A DNA stretch of 63,271 bases, filler included, from Hyphochytrium catenoides (lineage: Eukaryota > Protista > Hyphochytriomycota), in the NCBI GenBank assembly GCA_900088475.1. It is 6 parts of 6 records of this genome, joined end to end, with 100 filler letters (N's around TTAATTAATTAA, not from the genome) between each part and the next. Parts side by side here need not be neighbours in the genome. Positions count along the whole stretch, not along the records: positions 51,476 to 61,622 come from FLMG01003110.1; positions 61,723 to 63,271 come from FLMG01002550.1; 4 more parts are not named here. One strand, given 5' to 3'. The notes below the pieces were generated by a model, which was not told where the DNA came from, did not search any database, and saw only the letters and a list, made by a program, of their open reading frames with translations. Below are positions 51,476-63,271 of this stretch, in pieces. A program made the translations under genes and the position numbers. Every line of letters begins with the position of its first letter. Within the stretch, counting starts at the first letter, position 1.

Positions 51476-54400
51476 CCTTCCCCAAAAGGTAAACGCCTTT
51501 CCTTCCCTTCTGCTCCAGAGGTCCTCTTGTTACCAACATCCACTGATGTCTTTTAGGGAATTTCCGATAACGAGATCGTGAGGCAGATGACGGAGTGGGC
51601 GGAGAAGGAAGATAGCCGCTGGAAGTCAGGGAAGGTGTCTGGAGCAGTATATCACGGAGACGAAGGACATTTGCAGCTGCTCAACAAAGCGTACAGCCTT
51701 TTCTCAGTGGCAAATCCTCTACACGCTGATATCTGGCCAAGCATTGTACGTCTCAACGATAGAGAGACAAAGACACTACCTTAGAGATGACTCGAGCATA
51801 GACAAGCGTTTCTCGTCGTTACTCTTTTGACCTGCACTGTAATCTATCTTTTGACCTGACTGTCCTCATCATTTCTGACAAGCTCCCTCTCACCAGGTCC
51901 AAATGGAGGCTGAGATCTGTTCGATGACGGCCAATCTTCTTAATGGTGGAGATAAAGGAGTCTGCGGCTGTATGTCTTCTGGCGGAACAGAGTCAATTCT
52001 GTTAGCTACTAAGAGCCATAGGTCCTGGGGCTACTCGCGAGGCATCAAGCATCCTGGTGCGAAGTATATCATGGCCAAAGCCACCTCTATCCTTCCTCTT
52101 CCTTGTTTTTTCCTCATTCCTCTTCCAGGAGTACTTCGTTTAATGTGTCATTGAACCTGTCCTACTCTCTCATGGAGCGTTCGTTCACTTGGTCTTTTCT
52201 AATGGTCTAAATGCCTTCCAATCATGAGAATACGTTGTTCCCACTCCTTTCTTCATACTCTTTTTTTCGTTGCCGTTGTCTGATGTCTCTCGACCAATCT
52301 TCTGGTGCTGGCCCTTTGTCCGCTTGTATCAGATTTTCCAGGTATCTTGACACTTACCTCACTTTAACATCCATTTCAGAGATTATTGCGGGGACTACCG
52401 CACATGCCGGGATTGACAAGGCTTGTGAGATCCTGGGCATCCGGCTTGTCAAAGTTCCAGTCAACTCCAAGACCTTTCAGCTGGAAGTGAAAGAAGTCAA
52501 GAAGCACATCAACGCGGATACCATTATGATCTGTACGTCCTTCTACACCTCATGGATTTATTTCTTTTCCAGATATTCAATCCTCTGGCGATCGCTATCT
52601 TCAAATTTTTGCTTGCCTTTCGGTCTGTCGACGCTATCTCTCGCTCGTATGTTTCTTCGCTCTGATGACCCGCTGATCTCGTGTTAGAGGCGCTTCTTGA
52701 TACCCTTTGCCTTCGTTATACCTTCCCCTCTCTATATATATCTCTGACCCTCTGTATAGATGCCAGCGCTCCCAACTTCCCTCAGGGAACAATCGATGAC
52801 ATTGAGGGACTGTCCGCTCTCGCTTACCAGTACAAAGTTGGCCTCCATGTAGACTGCTGTCTCGGTGGCTATGTACTGCCTTTTGGTCAGTGCGAAATAA
52901 CCTAGGGTTCATTCTCTTCTCTTCGTACAGTTCTAGTCATGTTGGCGAATCACTAGGGCTTTGCTTCAGCTAGAGCTTCGATCAATTCACTTCACTTTCC
53001 GAGGTTGTTTCTTGTCTGGTGTCACTGTACTTCCGAGAACGGCCCAGTATCTCCCTCAGCTTGGGTGTGCTCTTTTTGATGCTCCAGAGAGTAGGTTTCA
53101 CTGACAGGGGATCCTCCTCACTATACATTTCACATTAAACAGCGAAGATGCTAGGGTATGACATTCCCCCCTTTGACTTCTCTTGCCCCGGTGTCACCTC
53201 CATGTCTGTGGACACCCATAAGGTAGGTTTCTCGGCATCGGCAGATTTGTTCGCATTTCTTAATTATGATACTGTCCTGTTTAGTCTGAGGCTGTAACAG
53301 AGAAGTGACCGCTCCTGACATGTTGAAGTTCTCTGCGGAATTAATGAGTTGTCCGTGTCTGCTCGTTATCGACTCTCTTAAAGCGCTCGGCTCTGATAAC
53401 CGTCTGCCTGTCTGTCTGTCTGACCATTATTGCTGATTGTAGTACGGCTATGCCTCTAAGGGCACATCAGTCGTTCTTTATCGGGACAAACGGCTTCGTC
53501 GATTCCAGTACTTTACCTTTCCTGAGTGGACGGGCGGGCTATATGTCACACCTTCGGTGCCAGGGAGCAGACCTGGAGGCCTCATTGCTGCGTGCTGGGC
53601 CTCTCTCGTACACATTGGACTTGAAGGGTAACCCACCAAGGACCCTTTCCCTCTTTAAAGAGTCTCAGTCTGTCCATCCTCTTCCTCTCCCTAGTGTATT
53701 TTGACTTCACTTGGTCTGGCGTCACGCTTGTCGTTGCGCTTCGCGGAGGCTCAGGCATGTCTCGCTTAAGGGGTGTTCTTACCCTTTTTTTGTCTCCACT
53801 TCTACCTTTCGTTGGCGATGTCAAGGTTCAAGGAAATTACAGAAGGCATCATTAAGGGGGCGCAGCGCATAAAGCAAGCAATCGAAGAGGATATTCCTGG
53901 GCTTTATGTGCTAGGGGAGCCCAAGGTGAGGCCATAGGAACGATAGCGGACGATTGGATACTTCTTCATTTCTCTTAAGTCTCTATTTCAATGCATGGGT
54001 ATCCTATTTCAACTCATCTACTTATGTCATACCTGGCGCTTCTTCTACCTCAAAGCTGGCCTATATCCTGTCCTCGTGAATAGCGGCGTCGGCTGTGCTA
54101 ATCTGATTGGACCTCATCACTCTCTACTGCTGCCTTCAGGCTATGGTTGTATGCTTCTCGAGCTCGGAATTTAGTATATACGAAGTTGGGGATCTCTTGG
54201 CCTCTCGCGGCTGGTCTCTTAATGCTCTGCAACATCCTGCTTCGTTGCACTTCGCACTAACCAGAGCCCATCTGGGCCATGTTGAAGAGTTCATTGAAGC
54301 CTTGAAAGAGGCAACCGACGAGGTAAGGGGAAAGGGACAGAAGGGCCAAGAAAGCAATGTGCACCTGAAAAGCGGGATATGCAAGCATTCAACTGCGGTG

Positions 54401-54821
54401 CTTGAGGAGGAGGTCACAACCGACTTGAGTGCATTCAGAAAGCCAACTCTGGCAAACTTCCATGAGGGAAAGATATGGGGTACCTAGTTGAGCAGACGAG
54501 GGTTGCATGAGTGTCGGGTCTTATCTGAGAAAGAGGTTGCGGTGGAGGATGGGAAAGAGATCTTAAGGGTTATTATAAGCTGTCATAACGAGGGAGCGAG
54601 AAGGAAGATGAAGGGAGTGAAACTCTTGACTTGGGCGGGTGAGAAAGGGATGATGGAAATGGCTAGATGCTGATTCGTGACTTTTGTTTTAGGTGCGAAA
54701 GGCACCAAAGAAGGCAAAGCAGGAAGGAAGCAGCGCAATTTATGGCATGGCCTCCACTCTTCCTGCCGGGCCCGTAGGAGAAATTCTCCAGACATATGTA
54801 GATGTCACTTTGACACCTTAG
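51476..54821 (+). CDS. SGPL1: Sphingosine-1-phosphate lyase (5'-truncated, spliced)
   Basis: [62 protein letters not shown]|[34 protein letters not shown]...TLTP*. Confidence 0.95.
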
Positions 54822-54930
54822 AAGAAAGTATCTTCTACTTATTTCTTAAACTACCCAGATCTTTTCATCTCCTCCTCTCTCTCGTCAACTGGCATGCTGC
54901 TAGCCAGAGAGTTATCCTAATGATAGACTC

Positions 54931-57660
54931 TTAGGCTTTGGTCCCTTTCAAAAAGTGCTCTGCGACGAATCTCCGCTGAAAAGTGACGACACGTCAGTCA
55001 CAGAACAATTGCAATAGACAGAGTCCAGCAGCCTACAATTACTCATTGAAGACCGGCAAGCATGCTCATATTCCCCTGCTGCTTTCTACTTATCTATCAA
55101 TCCTTCTTTCATACACCTGTTTCATGTCTCTCGCATTCGCAGTCACCGTTACGCTCTCCTCTCCTACCTGGATCTTGCCAGTAGCTGTCCTCGGCAGATC
55201 TGTGGCGATAAAGAGCTTTTTGGGAAGCTTAAAGGCTGATAGCTTCACCTTCAGATCCTCTCGTAGCTTCTCCTCAGTGGCATGGGCCCCGGGCTTAAGA
55301 ACCACCGCAGCATTCACCTCCTCTCCATACTTTTCGTCCTAAGAGCGGAATAGTGGGTCAGAGCACTCCTCATCCCTAGTAGTAAGAGGTAGACTTGGCA
55401 CTTTTTAGGCACATTGTGTCACTCTCAATAGCTTTGGACTGGAAAAACATGCTCTTTTCTGCATATACTCTTTGAAGATCCGGTTTGCCTAGTTATTTCA
55501 ATGCCCTTCTGTCAATCAACTCACCGGAGCTGCAAAAGCCACCGCCTCTCCTACTTCTGGAAGTGACAGGAGTGCCGCGTCCACCTCTAGTGGGGATATT
55601 TTCTCTCCACCTCTGTTGATCAACTCCTTGATCCGCCCAGTTAGAGTCAGGTATCCTTCCTCATCGAGAAAGCCCTGGTCCCCTGGTGCATCAATGAGAG
55701 AGGCCACAAACAAGGCAGAAGAGGGGTGCCCCAATGAGACGTAAAAGAATAGCACCAGAAGCGTCACACAGCAGAAAGAACGAGAGCCGAAACGATGCAC
55801 AGAACTCCAGCCACAGAAGAGCAAAAGCTACCATCCTGTTTCATTCCGTCTACCCACTGACCTGTGTGGAACCAGCCACCCGCAAACGCTTCAGCATTTG
55901 CCTCTGGTCGGTTGAGATAACCTAGACATTAGGTTTAGAAAGAAGGGATGCTTAGATAGAGGATGGTAACCTATCTCCCGACTAGGAGCTCTAGCGAGTC
56001 AGAAGCAGGAATCTTTGAAGAGTCTATACGTGTCAGCATTTTGTTTACTAGGATATTCGAATGAGAGCAGTAGAGCAGCGTACACCTTTCGTGACGTTTT
56101 CGCCTTGAATGCAGACTTCCCCAATGGTTCCGGGAGGAAGGATGTTGCATTCTCCGTCAAGAATCGCCACCTTGACATTCTGACCTTTACCTACTGACCC
56201 AGGCTTGTGGGGTCCATAGCGTGGTAGAGGGTTTGAAGTCATCTGATGCGCGGCTTCAGTCATCGCGTAGGCCTCAAGGACCGGCGCATGAAATGTCTTT
56301 TCTAGTCCTTCTAATACCGCAGGAGCCAAGGACGCAGAACAGGAGCGAATGAAGCGAAGAGAGGGAGGAGAAGCCTTGGGATAGTCCTACAGCGGGTGTA
56401 AGAGGAGAGGCCGGTCAGTAAGTGGGGGAACAGGGTCGCGGGCCACGCGAAAGGAGCCTTGGTCAGCGGGCACTCGGAAGGGGTGTAGGGGGAAAGGAAC
56501 GTGGCAGGCAAGACCCCAGGGCTGCTGCTTCATTACCTGCTCCGCTCTCATCAATAGAATCTGTTGAATGGTGGGCACAGCAGTATACCTACCGCCACAA
56601 AAGTGATGACGGACAACACGTTAGAGATATCTGGTCTGTTCACAGGGCCTGGAGGCAGTGAGGAGAAATGGTAGAGAACCGTACCCAAGGTGACAAGAGC
56701 GTAGGTTGAGGAATACTTTACAGTCCATGTACGTCAGAAGAGAGAGAATGATGATAAAACTTATCGCCGATCTGAAGGATAACTAAGCATATGCGTCACC
56801 ATGTGCAGCCATAAGAAGTGATATCCTTCCAAAAGGTGGCTGCAGAGAACTTTCCTCCTGCAGGAATGACGACTCTTGCCCCCGAGTGTAAGGAGGACAA
56901 GAGCCCTGCCATCAGTCCATGCACATGGAAGAGAGGCATTACCTGTAACAAGGAAGTTCATATGAGATCAAGAGCTAAAATTATCTTCTACGACCACCGA
57001 GCAGAACGTGACTCGGCCTCGGTAACACAGCCTTGGGCAAAGACACGAAACAGTGACAGAGATACGAACAAATGGGAGATGAAGGGATGTGATGGATAGA
57101 GAGAACGGTGAAAGAGACATAGGTAAGTGACAAGGTGAGAATTGCGAAATTGGCAGCTGAGAACGCTGCCTACCAGCAGCGTGCAGTCAGTAGATGTTAG
57201 CTCGTAGGTCCTGCGGATATTCTTGATAGAAGTGCTAAGGTTTTTATGAGTCAGAGGGACGCCCTTGGGTCGACTTGTGGTTCCACTCGTATGCAGAAAC
57301 AGGCATACGTCTTCCTCCTGCGCTTCTTCTGCCGCCATCACGGCTTCTTTCACTCTTCTACCTCCTGAGGGCAGGTCCATTTATTTAGTAGACAAGAGAT
57401 GGTCACGCGGCATATAAAAGCTTGAATGAACAAAAGAAAAGAGGGCTACGAAGTAGCTTGAGAGGCTTCAAATGGGCGTGGTAGTACACCTGATCGCGGG
57501 GACCGGACACGCATACAAAGGCAGGGTAGAAGGAGACTCTGCCGAGTCAGCACTCCGTAACCTTGGAAAGAAGAAGAAGAAGGATTCTCGAGGAGAGACA
57601 AGAGAAGAGCAACTTCTACGTATGGAAGATTAGGAGGGAGGGGGAGAGAGAGAAAGAATG

Positions 57661-57694
<34 letters not shown>

Positions 57695-58232
57695 AGACGA
57701 GGCTAGAAGTAAGGTAGGAAAAAGGGGCTAGAACAGAACAGAGAGGAAAGATAAGGAACGCCCCAGAATTAGAGAAAGGATATGGAGAGTTCCTACCTGT
57801 ATCAAGGACAACTCCGCGCTCTGTTTCTCCAACAAGGAAAACCGGGATGTTTAGCCGTGAAGCCGCCTTATAAATGTGGGAGGTCTCAGGCAAATCTGCA
57901 GGCACAAGCACTACAGCCGCTCCTGCGTCCTCGACGTAGAAAGCAAATTCCTCCTCAGTGTAGGCTGAATTTAGAGGAGCAGCGACAGCCCTAGCCCAGG
58001 TAGTTCCTAGAAAAGCGACGACGTATGGAATGGAGTTCGGCAGCACAATAGAGACCACATCACCGGTGCCAATGCCTGCAGATCGAAGATTTTTGCAGAA
58101 ATCTCCGACCTCTTCATGAAGCTTAGAGTAGGAAACATCGCGACCGCTGCTCTGTGAGAGGGCAATGCGGTCGCTGAAGGCGGTGACATCTGGGATGTGG
58201 GCCAAGGTGTGGATGGGCCTTTCGACAAACAT
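54931..58232 (-). CDS. Oxalate-CoA ligase-like acyl-activating enzyme (AAE3/Pcs60 family), spliced
   Basis: [106 protein letters not shown]|[14 protein letters not shown]. Confidence 0.9.
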
Positions 58233-59549
58233 GATTCTTATTGAAATTGTTCTGTCACTCTTAACTCCTCTTCCACCTCACCGTCTAGGAGTTTTCAGGA
58301 CCGCCGCTCTCTGTGAGAACGACTCTCTTTGAGCTAGATGGGACTGCGATCAGGAGCCGGACTAAGTGCTGCCCTCGAGAGAACAAAAGGAAGGTGGAAA
58401 TGAGTCTTAGAGAGTCTCCAAGGTGCCACTGCGAGGCACAGGTATGGAACTGTCGTTCAGGAGACGATATGCGCCGGCATCATGAGGAGCAAGGGACAAT
58501 GGGACAGAACAGACGGCGCGGAAGAGTGCGCCAGAGCGATGCGAAGTAGGTGAGGAGATTGGCCAAAGGTTGTCAGATCCTTTGTTCGATAAAGATCCTG
58601 ATAGGCGTTAGCGGTCCGTAGAGCTGTTTCACAACCTGTCCGTGATTGCTCAGCTACCATGTGTGTCAGAGGAGAGAAGAATGGTCACTGTCATGTCCTT
58701 TCCTTCCTTCCTTGATCGTCATCATCTTCGTTCTGTCTGCGTCGGTCCTGAGGCTGCTGCTGCTGCTGCTTTCCCGTCGTCCGTCTGCCCTCGCTCGTCC
58801 TCGAGTTTCTTCTTGGCAGTTCGTCTCTGTCATTGGACCTTTCCACTTTCTTTCGCCTACGATACTCCTCCATATAACGGCGTTGGGTTTCTTCTAATTC
58901 TAGAGCTTCATTGCTGCTGTTCTCCGTATCTGCTTCTTCTACCTTCTTTCTACACGCGAAGAAAAGGAAGGACGTTCTATCGTTTCTTCTGCACTGACCA
59001 TTGATAAGTGGATTCTTCGATTATACCCTGCTTCTGAACCATCTTCTTGTTCATATCTCCTTCCCCCTTCCACCGCTTTATTCTTTCCCCACATAGCAAA
59101 CTCTAGAGTTGTACTCATGTCATCGTGTGTCCTTCTCCTTGACTACGATAAATATGGTGAGAAGAGGCAACACCGATGTATTATATTAGCATGTCATCAG
59201 CTGGATGCGCAGCGCAAAAGGTCACCGGCGCCATGCATGATAGCATTGGCGTCGACAGGCTCCCTTTATGTAAGCGGCGTCGGAACAAACCATAATAAGA
59301 TGTGGCAGCTAAAAATAAAGTTCGCAGCGACAGATAATATAATAGTAGATAGAGACGAGAGTTAGATTTCGGCAGTCTGCGGCCTTCGTAGTGGGCGAAA
59401 CTGGTAAGCGGAGGCAGTCCTCTTTGACTATAGCGAATCACCATGAGGGAGGGTGGAGAATGTGGAACCATGGCGTATGGCGAGGCATAATGTTCCTACG
59501 CTTGATAGGACCCAGCGAGTGGGCATATACCACTCTTGTCGACCATCTC

Positions 59550-61240
59550 ACCCTTCTTTGGGTGTGTGCTGAAGGAGAGATGGCTTCTCAAAAAGTGATA
59601 ACCGTGCCGCCCCGATGAAGAAACTAGCTCCTAGCTCCTGCAGTTGTCCCTTGACGGTAGTAGGGCAATCCTCATCAAGGTCGCCGAAAGAAAACCCAGA
59701 CATCAGTCCTCACCAGAGCTCAAGAAAGATCAGATGTAAGGAGATCTTCTCCGTCAGGATATCTTCCTCATGCTCTCCATGACGCAGAAGTTTGCCATCC
59801 ATTGCTTACCATGAGAGAGTGCATCCTGTAGACGCTGTACCTATCCCCACTGAACGAAGGACAATGACAGCACATCTTCTCCAAGCTCCTCCCACAAGGC
59901 AGCCCAACCACTAGCAGTCGTATTGGCCAACGGTGAGTTCCATGCGGTTCTTTTTAGTTAGGAGGGCCTTGCCTGCATCCTAGGTACACGGAGCGCTCGA
60001 TGGTCGTAGTAGCCATTTACCATAATCAAAGGCTTAATGGAGCTTCCTAGTAAGGAAGACTTGTCATCAAGATGTACCCGGTCCGGAGAATTTTTCTTGG
60101 TGGTGCTGCGTCTCCACCACCGAGAGGGCTTAACGCGGTGCTTAAACTGGGCCAAGAAACTTTCCATGGCCATGTCACTGAGGGAATCCTGAGGATGATA
60201 TAAAGCAAACCTAACAATGGGCTGAAGTGAAGAAGCTGGATGCTGAGGGTTAAGTTGAGCGCTGCGCGTCTGTTTAGCTTATGATTAGATCTATCAGTCC
60301 TCTCCTTCTTGACTATCTTTTGCCAAATGCCCTTCTGTCCGTTCGCTGAGCCCTACCACTTCTCAAGAGTAAAAGCTCCAGGCCAAGAACTGCTACTACC
60401 ACCTTCAGATCTTCCCACCCAATGAGAGGGCCTGATGCCAATGTGTCCAGTGGCTAGCAGGAAGGTCAACAAGAGTCAAGCGCAGCAGAAGCGCGAACAA
60501 AGATGCGTAGAACAGCGGGCGAAACGGACGAGTGCATAGTTGTGATGCCGATCTCCCAAGTGTACCTAAGGAAAGGACAGAGTCTGGGTGCTGTGGCTGC
60601 GGGGAGGAATCAGGTGAGCCCGCACCAACGAAAAAAGACAGAGAATCGCTGCTATGTGCTGAAAGAAAGGGGAGACAAGTGAAAGAAAAATGAAGATCAG
60701 GGAGAGAGAAGAGCAAGAGAGAGCCCCTCCTTGAACTACACTGGCCTCTTGTTTCCAGGCACAAAGCTGTAGGTGAAACGACTTTAGCAAGCGCGGGAGG
60801 ATCGGTACTGACCACCTTTTCTTGGCAGTTCTGTCAGAAGGCCCGGCCAGCCCAGCCGGATCTTGCTTCTTCAGCACTGGTCACCACTTAGCTTTTGTCC
60901 ACTTTGGCTCTTTCTCTGTCTTTTCTCTCCCACTCTGTCTCATCTCTTGCATTCCACCTTCCAAGTCCAGCAATGTTTGGCACGGACACACAGTCAGTAG
61001 TGTCGCCTTACACCATCAGCGCTCTTATTTACAACCTTTTCTCTTAGAGGTAGTTCTATAGCTCTAAAGCCTATACACCTCCTCTTCGTTGGCTTTTGAA
61101 CTGCAAGAGCGGAAGTCCGAGGTTGGGTGTGATTGCATCAGACGGTGCAGTTCCCCATCTGTAGTGCTGGGGCAAAGGGAGGAGCAGAACTCAGTGACAG
61201 TGAGTGAGGGGCAAGAGACAGTGCCGTTACTTCTGTTCTA
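59550..61240 (-). CDS. Possible spliced hypothetical gene
   Basis: Several short minus-strand ORF segments bounded by AG/GT, e.g. DSLSDMAMESFLAQFKHRVKPSRWW...KPLIM|gtaa. No family recognised and no full model built. Confidence 0.25.
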
Positions 61241-61622
61241 TCAGGGAAGCTTGGCCTTTGGGGTCCTTTGTCCTCTGTCACTAGAGTCTGTTTCGCTTAC
61301 ATCCTCTCTTTGTCTCAAGTCAGAGAGTTGCTCTTCATCATTGCTTTCTCCCATCTACAAATGATAAGCAGATAATATCTCTTGTTGCCCTTAACCAGTA
61401 TCTCCTCCTCTTTCTGTCTTTCATCGCTATCTTTACCCTTCATCCTTTGATCCTCTGTCTTTCTATTCATGTTATGTACCTGTTTTCCCTTTTCCTCCAT
61501 CATTCATCATCCATTGCTATAAAGCAGTCATTGTGGGGTCACATGGCACTCTTATCTGCTTATCTGTATGGTTATGTATGGCTTTGTGGCAGCCACAGTT
61601 ACAGCCTGTCGTCCAAAAGGAG

Positions 61623-61722
61623 NNNNNNNNNNNNNNNNNNNNNNNNNNNNNNNNNNNNNNNNNNNNTTAATTAATTAANNNNNNNNNNNNNNNNNNNNNN
61701 NNNNNNNNNNNNNNNNNNNNNN
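61623..61722. other. Artificial contig spacer
   Basis: N44-TTAATTAATTAA-N44. Confidence 0.98.
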
Positions 61723-62499
61723 GCTAATGCCTTCATCATCCTGGCTCTACTTGGTCATCTCCGCATCAACGAAGAACGAACGAACGTTGTTCTTAATTAT
61801 CAGTGAAGAGCCATTCTTTCCAACGGACGTGATCATCATTGCGTTTCAATGGATTGGAGAGTACTAAGAAGAGCAAGGCTTTCATTGGCACGCAGCTCAA
61901 TTTCCTCCTTCAGCTGCCTCCTCCATTTATCGTTAACTGGGACTGTCATACAGAGTAATTGGATGATGATGAGAGCAGACACCTCGTCTAGCATAGAGGA
62001 CCTCGCAAATGTAGTCTATCTTCTCTATGAAAAGGTATCGATAAGCATTACTAACAGAAACCAAGGCAAAAATGTGAGTTTGAAGAAGAAGAAAGATCTG
62101 GCAGCTGCTGAAGAAGAAGAAGACAGAGACCTGAAAGCAAAGAAAAACACAGAGAAGAGGGCAAAACAGAGACTCTGGAGATCTGATCTGAAGATCTGCA
62201 GAACCGTTTTGAAGACCTTTCGTCAGATCTCCCCCAGGCCTCTCCGAGGTAATCTGCAATTCCCATGACCTGACCCTATGATCTACCTTCTGACGAGAGT
62301 GATAATATCCTGCATAATATCTAATTCTCACATTCTAATGACGGTCTGGAGGTATACCCCGCAACCTACCTCTAGCAGTGTTATCCCCCAACCTATCTCT
62401 AAGGGCATTGTCAGTTGAGTGGTAGGGGAGGGCCGCCCTCACCCTCACCGGGGGAATCTACGTATCCTGGAGGAGATCTGAAAGACCAATTTTCTTTAT

Positions 62500-62576
62500 A
62501 AATGCTTTCTATGCTTGATTCTCTGTCTTTTTCTGCTCTCTCTGCCTCTCTCTCTCTCTCACGCGTTCGCTCTCTC

Positions 62577-62611
<35 letters not shown>

Positions 62612-62624
62612 TTCTCACGCGGTA

Positions 62625-62665
<41 letters not shown>

Positions 62666-62687
62666 TCCCTCTCTCTCTGTATCTCTG

Positions 62688-62742
<55 letters not shown>

Positions 62743-63271
62743 CTCTCTCTGTGGGTGTTTTCCTGTTGTCTGTTGTCTCTCTTTCTCCCTCTTTCATTGC
62801 CAGCCTCCCTGTCTCCACTATCTCTCTTATCTCATGCTCACCCCTCTGGTTATCTATCTCTTTCTTGGCCCTCTGCCTCTTCCTCTTTTTTCTCTACAAG
62901 TAGTCTTTGTTCCTCTTCTCTTGCATCGTTTTTTGATGAATGATCTTCTTGGCTCTCTTCTCTCTTCAAAGAGCTATTCCGTATCTCTCTCTCCACGGCT
63001 TCCTAGTAGTTCCCAAATGCTTCACACCTTTACTCGAGAGAGAGAGAGAGAGAAAAAGAGAGAGAAAAAGAGAGAGAAAGGGGGGAGAGAGGGACGAGCA
63101 CAACATAATGAACGTCGCAAGAACATTTGAACAGTGAGAGGGAGACGATTATACTGAACTTATAGAGAGGAAAAGGACAAGCACGTACGGGGGAGAGAAG
63201 CCGGCGGCAGAGCAACTCCCCGCTTCCCTCAAAGAGATAGAAAAACAGAGAGAGGGAAAGGAGAGAGAGAG
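62500..63271. repeat. (CT)n then (GA)n microsatellite tracts
   Basis: Directly visible. Confidence 0.95.

Noticed and set aside
20836-54821. Apparent cluster of three PLP enzymes plus a CoA ligase
   Set aside because: S1P lyase and the ligase lie on a different contig, beyond several artificial spacers.
1-63271. CRISPR arrays, rRNA, tRNA, intact transposase/RT, prokaryotic operons
   Set aside because: No repeat-spacer periodicity, RNA-gene signature or intact mobile-element ORF was seen by eye. A tRNA/Rfam scan was not possible.

Overview
This window is eukaryotic, intron-rich nuclear DNA, not prokaryotic. It is six contigs joined by artificial 100-bp spacers (44 N + TTAATTAATTAA + 44 N) at 28016, 34629, 40666, 51376 and 61623, so adjacency across spacers is not evidence of linkage. 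The protein style (HSF, Tudor-like repeat, MSH6, TIM22, S1P lyase) suggests a protist, possibly a stramenopile; this is inference only. Contig 1 (1-28015) is compact with short GT-AG introns. It encodes an RNI-type LRR protein, a large protein with a C-terminal PH domain, an M18 aspartyl aminopeptidase, a TBC-PDZ-GRAM-myotubularin fusion, kaptin, an ACC-synthase-like aminotransferase and a GADL1/CSAD-like decarboxylase. Contigs 2-4 and 6 are saturated with (GA)n/(CT)n repeats and carry HSF, TIM22, a Tudor-like acidic protein and MSH6. Contig 5 carries S1P lyase and an oxalate-CoA ligase. Two observations stand out: (i) an in-frame-spliceable fusion of an apparently catalytically dead Rab-GAP, a PDZ domain and an intact myotubularin; (ii) a polarised 5'-(GA)n...(CT)n-3' intron architecture that could fold back to bring splice sites together. 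All gene models were spliced by eye and exon boundaries are unverified.
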